Source: Thermoanaerobaculia bacterium (GTDB lineage Bacteria > Acidobacteriota > Thermoanaerobaculia > UBA5066 > Gp7-AA6). From it: a DNA stretch of 64,000 bases. Both the position numbers and the translations under genes were made by a program. The notes below the pieces were generated by a model. It ran no database searches. It was not told the DNA's origin and was given only the letters and a program-made list of their open reading frames with translations. Shown here piece after piece: positions 47,104 through 56,955 of this stretch (position 1 is its first letter; each line of letters begins with the position of its first letter). The stretch spans positions 3,739-67,738 of the forward strand of contig JBBRDK010000003.1 in the NCBI GenBank assembly GCA_038203955.1, given 5' to 3'.

Positions 47104-48548
47104 GCGCGCCGACGACTCTTCCCGCCGGCCTGACCGAGGCGCTCGGCGAGCGACTGCGCAAGGCGAACTCCGCGATCGCGGGGCGGTATCCGGGCGAGAC
47201 GACGCGGCGCCAGCCGGTTCACACGTTCTACGGGGGCGCGCACCTGTTCCGCTCCGACACGGTCCCGAAGCTCGGCGCGTCGGCGCTACGCGCCCTCCAG
47301 GAGTACGCGCCCTCGTCCGACCTCTTGAAGAGCGTCCTCGACCTTCCGGAGCCGCTGGCTCCCCTCATCTCGCGGAGGATCGTCGACCGGCTGCGGACCG
47401 AGCCGGTCGAGGACTACCGGATCGACTTCGAGGATGGCTACGGCAACAGGCCCGACGCCGAGGAAGACGGCCACGCGGTCTCGGCGGCCCGCGAGGTCGT
47501 GACGGGCATGGCTGCCCGGACGCTGTCGTCCTCGATCGGCATCCGCATCAAGCCGTTTACCGAGGAGCTGCGGGCGAGATCCTTCCGGACACTCGACCTC
47601 TTCGTCACTCAGATGGTGCGCGACGCCGGCAGGCTCCCGGACAGCTTCGTGGTGACACTCCCCAAGGTCACGGCCCCCGAGCAGGTCGCGGCGCTCGCGG
47701 AGCTCTTCGACGCGCTGGAGCGGGGACTCTCCCTGCCGGCCGGGGTATTGGTTCTCGAGATCATGGTCGAGACGCCGCAGTCGATCGTCGGGCCCGCGGG
47801 AGAGATCTCGATCGGAGGCCTGGTCTCCGCGGCGGGCGGCCGCTGCCTCGCGGCGCATTTCGGGACCTACGACTACACGGCGTCCCTGAACATCACGGCG
47901 GCCCATCAGCACATGCTTCACCCGGCGTGCGATTTTGCGCGGCACGCCATGCAGGCGGCGCTGGCGGGCACCGGCGTCTGGATCTCGGACGGGGCGACGA
48001 ACGTCCTTCCCGTCCCGCCCCACCGCGGGGAGGACCGGACGTTGACCGGGCGGGAGATCGCCCGGAACCGCGCCGCGGTCCACGCTGCGTGGAAGCTCCA
48101 CTACGACCACGTGCGGCACTCTCTCGCGAACGCCTTCTACCAGGGGTGGGACCTGCACCCCGCGCAGCTGCCCACCCGATACGCGGCGCTGTATTCGTTT
48201 TTCCTCGAAGGGCTCGACGCGGCGTCCGCGCGTCTCAAGAACTTCGTCGAAAAGGCGGGTCAGGCGACTCTCGTCGGGGACGTTTTCGACGACGCCGCGA
48301 CCGGACAGGGCCTTCTGAGCTACTTCCTGCGCGCATCGGCATGCGGCGCGATCACCGAAGAGGAAGCCGTCGAGAAGAGCGGACTGACCCTCGAGGAGCT
48401 GCGCAGCCGATCGTTCGCGAAGATCCTGGCCGGGCGCAAGGCGGCAGGCGGACGGGACCGGGAAACGGGAAACGGGAGCCGAGCGACCAAAGGGAGCGAG
48501 ACGGCCGCGGTACTCCGCGGTCAACTCGATCGGGAATCGAAGGACTAG
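47100..48548 (+). CDS. HpcH/HpaI aldolase-citrate lyase/malate synthase-like TIM-barrel protein
   Basis: RQPVHTFYGG, DYRIDFEDGYG, TLPKV, IMVETP, HFGTYDY, SDGATN, QGWDLHPAQL; GTGA coupling to the FAD subunit. Confidence 0.75.
   Translation: MSAPTTLPAGLTEALGERLRKANSAIAGRYPGETTRRQPVHTFYGGAHLFRSDTVPKLGASALRALQEYAPSSDLLKSVLDLPEPLAPLISRRIVDRLRTEPVEDYRIDFEDGYGNRPDAEEDGHAVSAAREVVTGMAARTLSSSIGIRIKPFTEELRARSFRTLDLFVTQMVRDAGRLPDSFVVTLPKVTAPEQVAALAELFDALERGLSLPAGVLVLEIMVETPQSIVGPAGEISIGGLVSAAGGRCLAAHFGTYDYTASLNITAAHQHMLHPACDFARHAMQAALAGTGVWISDGATNVLPVPPHRGEDRTLTGREIARNRAAVHAAWKLHYDHVRHSLANAFYQGWDLHPAQLPTRYAALYSFFLEGLDAASARLKNFVEKAGQATLVGDVFDDAATGQGLLSYFLRASACGAITEEEAVEKSGLTLEELRSRSFAKILAGRKAAGGRDRETGNGSRATKGSETAAVLRGQLDRESKD
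48473..48535 (+). repeat. 62-bp REP-like hairpin element, copy 4 (inside the 3' end of the preceding ORF)
   Basis: Matches copy 1. Confidence 0.9.
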
Positions 48549-48608
48549 GCCAGCGTCCTTCGCCGTACGCCGTTCGCCGTACGCCCGCGCGCAGCGCGCG
48601 CCCAGCCC

Positions 48609-49448
48609 CTAACGCCCCCTTCTCATCGTCGCCTCGATGAGGCCGTAGGGCTCCTCCGTTGCCACGAAGACCTCGCCGGGGTTGTCGAGCCCGAACGGCG
48701 ACAGGTCGACCAGCAGATGGTGTCTGTTCGGCATCGAAAGCCGGATCTTCGTGACCTCCGAGTGCGCATCGAGCACGGACTCCCCCATCGCGTGGAGCGT
48801 GTGTTGCACCGATGCGCTCACGTGATCCGCGAAGGTCTCGAGCAGGGTCGAGCGGATCGCGCGCGCGAGCGGCTCCCACGAGATCTCCCCCGGCCCGTAG
48901 GACCAGAGCGCCCGGACCGCCGTGGCGAGGATCCGGTCTTCCGTCTCGCGAAGCGTCGTAAAGGCGTCTCGCAGGAATCCGGAAAATCCGGAGCTCGCGG
49001 ATTTCAAGAGCGTCAGCTCTTCGAGGCCGGCGTGAACGGAGGCGTCCGACCGGGTCCGTTCGACGCGGACGACCCGGCGCTCGGCCCCGGAGAGGGCAAA
49101 CGCGCTCGGATGCTCGCCGCTGCCCGACGGAAGCCGGCTCCAGGGACGCTCGGAGATCGAGACGCGCGCCGCGGAGGCGGCGGCGCTCGCCCCGAGAAAA
49201 TGCTCGGCGAGCGCGAGCGCGAACGTTTCGATCGCGCCGATGCCCCGCGTGCGTGCCAGCGCGTAGACGGTGTTCTTCATCGTGTCGGTCGGTAAGACGT
49301 CCGAGTTGTCGCCTTCGACGTGAGCGGCTTCGAAGTCGCCTTCGAGCGCGATCGCGACCGTCAGGTCCCGGATCTCGTGACGGTCCCCCCGGCGCCTGCG
49401 GTGCACCAGCCGGATCCCGGACTTCCCGTAGGAGTTTTCAGCGAGCAT
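48609..49448 (-). CDS. pucL: factor-independent urate hydroxylase (uricase)
   Basis: YGKSGIRL, DNSDVLPTDTMKNTV, LLKS.SS.F.GF.RD.FTTL, SVQHTL, MPNRH, PYGLI. Confidence 0.95.
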   Translation of the reverse strand: MLAENSYGKSGIRLVHRRRRGDRHEIRDLTVAIALEGDFEAAHVEGDNSDVLPTDTMKNTVYALARTRGIGAIETFALALAEHFLGASAAASAARVSISERPWSRLPSGSGEHPSAFALSGAERRVVRVERTRSDASVHAGLEELTLLKSASSGFSGFLRDAFTTLRETEDRILATAVRALWSYGPGEISWEPLARAIRSTLLETFADHVSASVQHTLHAMGESVLDAHSEVTKIRLSMPNRHHLLVDLSPFGLDNPGEVFVATEEPYGLIEATMRRGR

Positions 49449-49458
49449 GGTCAGAAGG

Positions 49459-49493
49459 ACTGAAAACTGAAAACTGAAAACTGAAAACTGACA
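49459..49493. repeat. heptamer array (ACTGAAA)4 ACTGACA
   Basis: Between uraH and pucL. Confidence 0.9.
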
Positions 49494-49494
49494 C

Positions 49495-49830
49495 TCAGCT
49501 TCCCCGGTACGTCGAGTATCCGAAAGGCGACAGCAGCAGGGGAACGTGGTGGCGCGAGCCCGCATCGGCGATCTCGAAGACCACCTGCACCTCCGGATAG
49601 AAGCCGGCCGCGCCCACGCTCGTGAAATAGGCGAGCGTGTCGAACGTCAGCCGGTACGTTCCCGGGCCAGGCACCGTCTCCAGAAGCCTCGCGCGCCCGT
49701 CGGAGTCGGAAACCCCCTTCGACACCGGCGTCCACGCGGAGCCGCCGGAGCGGACCTCGAGAAGCAGGGGGACTCCCGCCGCCGGCCGTCCGCGCGCCGT
49801 GTCGAGAACGTGCGTCGTGATCGCGCTCAT
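49495..49830 (-). CDS. uraH: 5-hydroxyisourate hydrolase
   Basis: ITTHVLD, DGR, HHVPLLLSPFGYSTYRGS. Confidence 0.97.
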   Translation of the reverse strand: MSAITTHVLDTARGRPAAGVPLLLEVRSGGSAWTPVSKGVSDSDGRARLLETVPGPGTYRLTFDTLAYFTSVGAAGFYPEVQVVFEIADAGSRHHVPLLLSPFGYSTYRGS

Positions 49831-50321
49831 CGCGCCGCGGCCAGCCTCTCGAGCCGGAGGCGCGTGATCCGGCGCTGTTCCTCCGCGGCGATCGTCAGTT
49901 CCGTCGCGGCGTCATTTTCCAATCGCTCCCGGCAGAGGTCCAGCATCTGCCGAGCGGTCTTCCCGGCCGCGCACACGATGAAGATGCGCCCGAAGCGTGC
50001 TTCGTACTCGCGATTCGCCTCGGCCAGCAACCGCGCGTCCTCATCGCCGGCCGAGAGCGCAGCCGCCTGCTCGTCTGCCGCGAGTCCCGAGGCGGCTCGG
50101 TCGCCGATGCGCGGATGGGCATCGAGCGCCTGGAGCCGCTGCGAGTCCGGGAGAGAGCGCCACGTCGCGTCCGCGGCCTCGAAGAGCCGGTCGAGCGAGC
50201 GGAACGGGCGCGCGGCGGCCATTCGCCGAGCCCACTCCGGCGAGCCGCAGCATCCGAGCAATTCCCTCTCCGCCGCGTCGGGTGGCAAGGCGTCCAGGAG
50301 GCCGATTCCGGCGGCCGTCAA
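49827..50321 (-). CDS. uraD: OHCU decarboxylase
   Basis: CCGS..W, AHPRIG, EQ, N..YE.RFG.IFIVCA.GK, EQRRIT.LRL; TTG start coupled to the alc stop. Confidence 0.92.
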   Translation of the reverse strand: MTAAGIGLLDALPPDAAERELLGCCGSPEWARRMAAARPFRSLDRLFEAADATWRSLPDSQRLQALDAHPRIGDRAASGLAADEQAAALSAGDEDARLLAEANREYEARFGRIFIVCAAGKTARQMLDLCRERLENDAATELTIAAEEQRRITRLRLERLAAAR

Positions 50322-51349
50322 ACGATTCCGCCGGGCGCCGGAGAACCTGCCGACACCGGAGCCGGGGCCCACAGCCGGAGACGGCTCACGCCCCCGTCCG
50401 GATAGATGTTGAAGCGCGCATGCGTAGCTTCTCCGGCGGGGGCGAGCTCGCGCTCGAAGCGGTGAAGGGTGTGCGGGAAGAGCTTCGTCTCCGGCAGAAT
50501 CTGGTCCCACTCGCGGGAGGACTCCTGAAGCTCCGAAACGCCGGCCCCCGGCGAACGGCAGACCTCGACGGAGCAGCTGCCGGGCGCGTTTCCCTTGAAG
50601 TGCACAGTGTCGACGTCGATCCGCCGCACCATTCCGGATCGCCCGAGCCGCACGATCGCCCAGTCGTGGCCGATGCCCCGGCGCCGCCGCGTCTCCCAGC
50701 CGTCTCCCATGTCGCGGCCGCGACCCGGCATGATCAGGTTCTGCCGCGTCCCGAAAAACTCGTCGCTCGCGGCGAGAACCAGGCCTCCGTTTTCGACGGC
50801 CGCGAGATCGACCTCGCCTCCGGCGCGCGCGACCCGGTCCCAGTCGGGGGCGACCTCGCCGTGCACCCGCAGCCGCGCGACCCCGCCGTCGGGAAAGATG
50901 TTCAGCCGCACGTGGGTGAACGGACGGGGGGCGGCGGCGGAAAAGACGTTCTGCGAGTCGGGCCGCACGGGCGACTTCGGCACCAGCTCGGTCCAGGAAA
51001 TCTTCTCGGCTTCCCAGGGCTCCGGAGAGAGATCCGCGGTCTCACACGCTTCGATCGAGCACGCCTCCGGCGCGTTGCCCTTGAAGTGGGTGGTGTCGAT
51101 GACGAACCCGTGCAGGATCCCCGGAAAGCCCAGCCGGACCACGCACCAGTCGTGGCCCAGGCTCCGCCGGCGACGGGTCTCCCATCCATCCATCCACTTG
51201 CCGCGGTCGTTGTACTCCCCTTCGCGAAAAACCGGCTTGCCGGGCTTCAGGAGGTTTTCGCGGGGCGCGAAGAACTCGTCGTTCGCGGCGATGGCCGAGC
51301 CGCCCAGCCGTTCGGAGGCGAGGTCGATCAGGTCCATGAAGTCCGGCAC
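50318..51349 (-). CDS. alc: allantoicase
   Basis: Two repeats of DEFF...DGWETRRRR..HDW...HFKGN.P...PDGGV.RLR. Confidence 0.95.
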   Translation of the reverse strand: MPDFMDLIDLASERLGGSAIAANDEFFAPRENLLKPGKPVFREGEYNDRGKWMDGWETRRRRSLGHDWCVVRLGFPGILHGFVIDTTHFKGNAPEACSIEACETADLSPEPWEAEKISWTELVPKSPVRPDSQNVFSAAAPRPFTHVRLNIFPDGGVARLRVHGEVAPDWDRVARAGGEVDLAAVENGGLVLAASDEFFGTRQNLIMPGRGRDMGDGWETRRRRGIGHDWAIVRLGRSGMVRRIDVDTVHFKGNAPGSCSVEVCRSPGAGVSELQESSREWDQILPETKLFPHTLHRFERELAPAGEATHARFNIYPDGGVSRLRLWAPAPVSAGSPAPGGIV

Positions 51350-51371
51350 GGCGCTCCCTTCCACCAAGTCC

Positions 51372-52715
51372 TCAACCCGACAAGAGGAGCTCGCCGCGCC
51401 CGGCGCGGACGAGACGGCCGCCGTCGAAGATCTTCTCACCTCTGAGATAAGTGGTCTTGACGCGACCTCGCAGCTCGCGTCCGGCGTACGGAGTCTGCGG
51501 ATGCCGCTGGTGGAGACGCGAGGCATCGACGACCCGCACCGACGCGGGGTCGAAAACGACGAGATCCGCCTCGCGCCCCGCGGCGATGGCTCCCTTGTCG
51601 TGCAGAAGCCCGGCGAATCGAGCCGGCGCCGCGCTCATCCAGTCGACGACACGTTCCGGAGCGACCCGCCGCTCCTCGGCGCCCGTCCAGACGGCGGCGA
51701 GGGTGAGCTCGAGAGACGCGATCCCTCCCCAGGCCGAGCCGAAGTCGCCCTCGGCCAGCCGCTTGTCCTCGGGAGGGCAGGGAGAGTGATCCGAGACGAC
51801 CATGTCGATGACGCCGTCCGCGAGTCCTTTCCAGAGGCGCTCGCGGTTCTCGCGCCCGCGGATCGGAGGCGCGCACTTGAAGAGCGTGGCCCCGTCCGGG
51901 ATCTCCTCCGCGGCGAACGTCAGGTAGTGGGGGCACGTTTCGACGGTGACCGGGAGGCCCTCCGCGCGTGCGGCCGCGAGGGGTGCGAGCGCGTCGGCGG
52001 CCGAGAGGTGCAGGACGTGAACCGCGACGCCGGTTCCGCGCGACAGGCGGATCACCGCCTCGACGGCCGCCACTTCGGCGGCGGCGGGACGCGAGGCGAG
52101 ATAGGTCGAGTAGGAGCTCGGCGGCCCCGCGAGCCTTCCGAGAAGCGCGGCGGATTCGGCGTGGACGAGCAGAGGGGCGCCGCTCGCCGCCAGCTCGCGC
52201 GCGGCGGCGAGGAGATCTTCCTCCGAAATGTGACCGAACTCCGGCGCGCCCGACGGCGCGAGGAAGCACTTGAATCCGAAGGCTCCCGCGGCCCGCAGGC
52301 CCGCGAGCGCGGGAGCGTTGCCCGGGACGAGCCCGCCCCAGAATCCGACGTCGACCGAGCACCGCGCCGCGGCGGCATCGATCTTCGCGAACCATCCCTC
52401 GCGCGTCGTGGTCGGCGGGATCGAGTTCAATGGCATGTCGATCACGGTGGTGATCCCGCCCGCGGCGGCGGCGGCCGTCGCCGTCTCGAACCCTTCCCAG
52501 TGGGTCCGTCCGGGCTCGTTGACGTGGACGTGGGTGTCGACGAGGCCCGGGAGGACTATCGCGTCGCCGGCGTCCTCGACGGTGATCCCGGCGTCGGGGC
52601 CGTCGTACGGATCGACCGACACGATGCGGCCGCCCGCAACGCGGACTCCCGCCGGCCGGAGGCCTTCCGGGGTCGCCACGCGTCGGCTTCGGAGCACGAA
52701 ATCCGTGCGGATCAT
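51372..52715 (-). CDS. allB: allantoinase
   Basis: PGLVDTHVHVNEPGRTHWEGF, DMPLNS.P, FKCFL, FKCAPPIR, VSDHSPC. Confidence 0.95.
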   Translation of the reverse strand: MIRTDFVLRSRRVATPEGLRPAGVRVAGGRIVSVDPYDGPDAGITVEDAGDAIVLPGLVDTHVHVNEPGRTHWEGFETATAAAAAGGITTVIDMPLNSIPPTTTREGWFAKIDAAAARCSVDVGFWGGLVPGNAPALAGLRAAGAFGFKCFLAPSGAPEFGHISEEDLLAAARELAASGAPLLVHAESAALLGRLAGPPSSYSTYLASRPAAAEVAAVEAVIRLSRGTGVAVHVLHLSAADALAPLAAARAEGLPVTVETCPHYLTFAAEEIPDGATLFKCAPPIRGRENRERLWKGLADGVIDMVVSDHSPCPPEDKRLAEGDFGSAWGGIASLELTLAAVWTGAEERRVAPERVVDWMSAAPARFAGLLHDKGAIAAGREADLVVFDPASVRVVDASRLHQRHPQTPYAGRELRGRVKTTYLRGEKIFDGGRLVRAGRGELLLSG

Positions 52716-52755
52716 CGGATCAGCCTTCCATCATAAGGGCCTAGAATGGCCGCGC

Positions 52756-54327
52756 GTGGCGACGTCCGTTTACGGGAACGAGAAGCGGCACGGAGACGGC
52801 CGCGTGGAGCTGATCGATCAGACGCGGATCGCCGCCTCTCCCCTCACCAACAAGGACCTTCTCCCCGTCCCGATCTCCCGGCGAACCTGGACCACGTACA
52901 ACTATGCGGCGCTCTGGATCAGCATGGCGCACTGTATTCCGACCTACTACATGGCCTCCGGATTGATGGCCGCGGGCATGAACTGGTGGCAGGCGCTCAT
53001 CACGATCCTCCTCGGCAACGTCATCGTCCTCGTGCCGATCCTCTTGAACTCGCATCCCGGGACGCGTTACGGAATCCCGTTCCCCGTTTTTGCGCGCGCG
53101 GCGTACGGGACGCTCGGGTCGAACCTCCCGGCGATCATGCGCGCGCTGGTGGCGTGCGGCTGGTTCGGCATTCAGTGCTGGATCGGCGGCGAGGCATTGA
53201 ACACCCTCTTCCAGGCGATCGACCCGAAATGGACGGCCCGTTTCGGAAGCGGATTCTCGGGACACTCCGGGGCGGAGTGGATCTCCTTCCTCCTGTTCTG
53301 GGCGCTGAACATCGTCATCGTCTACCGCGGGATGGATCTGCTTCGGAAAGTCGAGAACTGGGCGGCGCCGTTCGTGCTCGTGATGACCGCCGCTCTTCTC
53401 GTCTGGGCGATCCGGCGCGCGCACGGCCTCGGCCCGCTGCTGGCGCAGCCGGGATCTCTGCGAACGTTCCGGGAGTTCTTCCCGGTGTTCGTGCCGTCGT
53501 TGACGGCGATGATCGGCTTCTGGGCAACGCTGTCTCTGAACATGCCCGACTTCACGCGCTTCGGCCGCAGTCAACGCGACCAGATGATCGGACAGGTCGT
53601 GGCTCTTCCGACGACCATGTCTCTCTTCGCGGCGATGGGGGTCCTGATCACGAGCGCGACGGCGATCATCTACGGAAAGGCCATCTGGGATCCGGTCGTC
53701 CTCGTCGGAAAGTTTTCCCAGCCGTTCATCGTCGCCGTGTCGATGTTCACGGTCGTGGTCGCCACGCTCGCGGTGAACATCGCGGCCAACGTCGTGTCGC
53801 CGGCGAACGACTTCGCGAACGCCTTCCCGCGGCTGATCCGCTTCAAGACGGGAGGCCTCATCACGGGAATCATCGGAATCGTGATGCAGCCGTGGAGGCT
53901 CCTCGCGGATCCCTCAGGCTACATCTTCACGTGGCTTCTCGGATATTCCGGAGGCCTCGGATCGATCGCCGGCGTCCTGATCGCGGACTACTGGATCGTC
54001 CGGCGGACCCGGCTGCGCCTGGAGGACCTCTACCTGCCTCGCGGCGTGTATCGCTACGCGGGAGGGTGGAACTGGAAGGCCGTCGTCTCGACGCTCACCG
54101 GATGCGCGCTGGCCTGGGGGGGCCTTCTCTGGCCCGCGTTGAAGCCGCTTTACGCTTACGGCTGGTTCGTCGGGTTTTTCGCGTCCGGCCTGCTCTACTG
54201 GGCGCTCTCCGGGCGCGAGGTGGAAGGCAGGAGGCGGAAGGCGGGCCGCGACCGAAAACGGAAACGCGCGTCAGAGATCGCCGGGGACGAACCGATTCGC
54301 GCTCAACGCTCAACGCTCAACGCTTGA
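52756..54327 (+). CDS. NCS1-family nucleobase:cation symporter (allantoin/uracil)
   Basis: ~12 TMs; YGIPFPVFAR..G, WATLSLNMPDFTRF, NIAANVVSPAND. Confidence 0.93.
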   Translation: MATSVYGNEKRHGDGRVELIDQTRIAASPLTNKDLLPVPISRRTWTTYNYAALWISMAHCIPTYYMASGLMAAGMNWWQALITILLGNVIVLVPILLNSHPGTRYGIPFPVFARAAYGTLGSNLPAIMRALVACGWFGIQCWIGGEALNTLFQAIDPKWTARFGSGFSGHSGAEWISFLLFWALNIVIVYRGMDLLRKVENWAAPFVLVMTAALLVWAIRRAHGLGPLLAQPGSLRTFREFFPVFVPSLTAMIGFWATLSLNMPDFTRFGRSQRDQMIGQVVALPTTMSLFAAMGVLITSATAIIYGKAIWDPVVLVGKFSQPFIVAVSMFTVVVATLAVNIAANVVSPANDFANAFPRLIRFKTGGLITGIIGIVMQPWRLLADPSGYIFTWLLGYSGGLGSIAGVLIADYWIVRRTRLRLEDLYLPRGVYRYAGGWNWKAVVSTLTGCALAWGGLLWPALKPLYAYGWFVGFFASGLLYWALSGREVEGRRRKAGRDRKRKRASEIAGDEPIRAQRSTLNA

Positions 54328-54340
54328 CGCCCGACGCTCC
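54300..54340. repeat. heptamer array (CGCTCAA)
   Basis: cgctcaa x3 cgcttga cgcccga. Confidence 0.85.
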
Positions 54341-54700
54341 CTTCTCAAACTTCGCCAGCCTTTCGTAGAGCCAGTCCTTCATCGGGCGGACGGGCTGGTC
54401 CGGCAATCGGAGCTGGTAGGGCTTTCCGGATTCCTGGGAATGGGACGCGACTCCTTCGATGAAGTCACGGACCGTCTGGACGCGCTTCCCGGCCATCATG
54501 AGCTTGAACTTCAGGTGAGAGACCGCCTTCGAGGCCGGATATTCCTCACCGTTGCGGATGAAGACGCCCCGGGAGTTCCGAACCTCTTCGATGAGCCAGT
54601 CGATCCTCTTCTGTTCGGCCGCCGGCCGCGACGCGGCGAGTGCGGCGGCGGCGAAGAGAAGCAGGACGGCCATTGTCGCGATGGTCCGCCTTACCGACAT
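54317..54700 (-). CDS. DUF5329 (YfeK-like) secreted protein
   Basis: Signal peptide; FIRNG..Y....AVSHL..K, DFI..VAS.S..SGKPY. Confidence 0.8.
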   Translation of the reverse strand: MSVRRTIATMAVLLLFAAAALAASRPAAEQKRIDWLIEEVRNSRGVFIRNGEEYPASKAVSHLKFKLMMAGKRVQTVRDFIEGVASHSQESGKPYQLRLPDQPVRPMKDWLYERLAKFEKGASGVKR

Positions 54701-54801
54701 TGCCTCAGACGTTGTCGCGGAGAGTTGCTCTACCGTCATGGCATCCATCGCTCCTTCTCAGCGCGAATCCGGCGCTCCCGCCCCCCGCCTACCGCCTTCC
54801 G

Positions 54802-56076
54802 TCAGTAATACGGCTCCCAGATCCAGAAGACCAGCTCGGCGAGCCGCTGAACCAGGCCCCGTTTGTCCCACGCCTCATGGGTGATCTCCTGGCACCGCTT
54901 CCTGTCGTCTTCGAACATCGCCTCCATCTTTCGGGCGAAGCCCCGGTCGTAGAACGCGAGGCTTTCCTCGGCGTTGCGGCTCATCGAGCGCGAGTCGAAG
55001 TTGATCGAGCCGATCGTCGAGTACAAACCGTCCACGACCATCGTCTTGTTGTGCATCATCGTGCCGCGGTATTCGTAGATCTTCACTCCGCCCTTCAGGA
55101 GCTCTCCGTAGTGAAGCCACGAGGCAAAGCGGACCATCGGGAGATCGATGTGCCGCCCGGGCACCATCACCTGGACGTTCACCCCGCGCTGCACCGCGGC
55201 CACGAGCGCCTCGCGCACCTGTTTGTCGGGCAGGAAGTAGGCGTTCTGGATGTCGATGCTCTTCGCCGCGGACTGGATCGCGACGTAGTACAGCATCTTG
55301 GCAAGGGATGAAGAGTCGCCCCGCGACGACTTGATGGCCTGCGCCTGGATGGACGCCGCATTCTCGATCTTCGGATAGAAGCCCTCACCCGCGAGGATCT
55401 CTCCCGTCGTGTAAGTCCAGTCCTCGCTGAAGATCGCCTGCATCTGCGCGACGACCGGGCCCACCACCCGCACCTGCGTGTCGCGCCACTCGTTCGTATT
55501 CCGCGCGTTTCCCAGCCACCGTTCGTCGATTCCGAGTCCTCCCGTGTAGGCGATCCGGCCGTCGACGACGAGGATCTTGCGGTGCGTGCGCCGGCTGACC
55601 TTGTAGATGGTGAAGAGACGCACCGGCCGGTACTTGCGCACGTGAACGCCGGCCTTCTTGAGCTCGGCCTCGAGACCCTTGAGCTTGCTTCCCCACGCGT
55701 CGATCAGGAAGCGAACCTCGACCCCTCTCTTCGCCGCGTCGATCATGGCGTCGGCAAACTGGCGGCCCGCGCGGTCCGGCTGGAAGATGTACGTCTCGAG
55801 ATTCACCGTTTTCTTCGCCGCCCGGATGTCGCGCGTCATCGCGGGAAAGATCTCGTCTCCGTTCTTCAAAAGCTCGGCATCGTTGCCTCCGACCATCGCG
55901 GTGCCGAGCGTGTCCATCGAGCGCCGGAACGACGGATCGTCGACCGTGAAGGGATGGTCGAACTTGTAGACATCCCGCTTCTCGGACCCCACGATGTTGG
56001 TGATGAACGTGCAGCCGGAAGACGAAAGGCCGCAGACGAAGAGCAGAAGGAGCGGCGAGGCGAGGAAACGGCGCAT
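54802..56076 (-). CDS. phospholipase D / cardiolipin synthase-like protein (putative lipoprotein)
   Basis: THRKILVVDG, MHNKTMVVDG; lipobox-like SSGC; paralog of 23690-24955. Confidence 0.92.
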   Translation of the reverse strand: MRRFLASPLLLLFVCGLSSSGCTFITNIVGSEKRDVYKFDHPFTVDDPSFRRSMDTLGTAMVGGNDAELLKNGDEIFPAMTRDIRAAKKTVNLETYIFQPDRAGRQFADAMIDAAKRGVEVRFLIDAWGSKLKGLEAELKKAGVHVRKYRPVRLFTIYKVSRRTHRKILVVDGRIAYTGGLGIDERWLGNARNTNEWRDTQVRVVGPVVAQMQAIFSEDWTYTTGEILAGEGFYPKIENAASIQAQAIKSSRGDSSSLAKMLYYVAIQSAAKSIDIQNAYFLPDKQVREALVAAVQRGVNVQVMVPGRHIDLPMVRFASWLHYGELLKGGVKIYEYRGTMMHNKTMVVDGLYSTIGSINFDSRSMSRNAEESLAFYDRGFARKMEAMFEDDRKRCQEITHEAWDKRGLVQRLAELVFWIWEPYY

Positions 56077-56215
56077 TGGTGCCGCTCGTATTCAAGAAGT
56101 CTGCCCGTACGGCAAACCCGTTATCCGTGAGCGGATTACCTCGCCCGCGCCCCCGGCCGGCCTCGGAGAGCTGAACAGGGACCGGACAGCGACGATGTTT
56201 GATTAGGATCCGCCT

Positions 56216-56932
56216 GTGAACGAAGGATCCCGCGTTGCGCTGGTCACGGGGGCGACCCGGGGAATCGGACGCGCGATCGCGCGGCGGCTGCACGCCGACG
56301 GGTTCGAAGTGGTCATCTCGGGCCACACCGTCGACTCGACGCGCCGCGCGGTGGAGGAGTTCGACAAAGAGGGGCTCAGGATTTCAGGCCGCGCCGCGGA
56401 TGCGCGCCGCGAGGATGACCAGAAGGCTCTCGTCGAGTTCGCGGGATCGAAACGGGGGCGGCTCGACGTCCTCGTGAACAACGCGGGGATCGGAGAGTTC
56501 GGTCCGGTCGACAAGCTCGACCCGGAGCGGTTCCGCGACGTCCTCGAGACGAATCTTTTTGGCCCTTTCTACGCCATTCGCGCCGCGGCCCCTCTGATGA
56601 AGAAAAACGGCGGGGGGTTCATCGTCAACATCGCCTCGCTCGCGTCCGTCAACGCCTTCGCGGGCGGCGCCGCGTACAACGCCTCGAAGTTCGGGCTCCT
56701 CGGCCTGTCCGAGGCCTCGATGCTCGACCTCCGCCACGACGGGATCCGGGTCGCCGCCGTCCTGCCCGGTTCGGTTGCCACGGAGTTCGGCGGGCACGGC
56801 GACCGGCGCGAGAGCTCCTGGATGCTGTCGGCCGACGACGTGGCGGAAGCGGTGTCCGACCTGGTCCGTTTCCCGGATCGCGCGATTCCCTCGCGCATCG
56901 ACCTGCGTCCTTCGAGGCCGCCGAAGAAATAG
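56216..56932 (+). CDS. short-chain dehydrogenase/reductase
   Basis: TGATRGIG, NNAG, YNASK. Confidence 0.93.
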   Translation: MNEGSRVALVTGATRGIGRAIARRLHADGFEVVISGHTVDSTRRAVEEFDKEGLRISGRAADARREDDQKALVEFAGSKRGRLDVLVNNAGIGEFGPVDKLDPERFRDVLETNLFGPFYAIRAAAPLMKKNGGGFIVNIASLASVNAFAGGAAYNASKFGLLGLSEASMLDLRHDGIRVAAVLPGSVATEFGGHGDRRESSWMLSADDVAEAVSDLVRFPDRAIPSRIDLRPSRPPKK

Positions 56933-56955
56933 CTGTCAGCTGTCAGCTGTCAGCT
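56931..56955. repeat. heptamer array (AGCTGTC)3
   Basis: At the SDR/sthA convergent junction. Confidence 0.8.

Noticed and set aside
50595-52736. Long Arg/Pro/Ser-rich antisense or alternative-frame ORFs (here and throughout)
   Set aside because: Expected shadows in high-GC DNA; they overlap well-supported genes.
56085-56110. Sigma54-like motif upstream of the third PLD
   Set aside because: It has GA instead of GC at -12.
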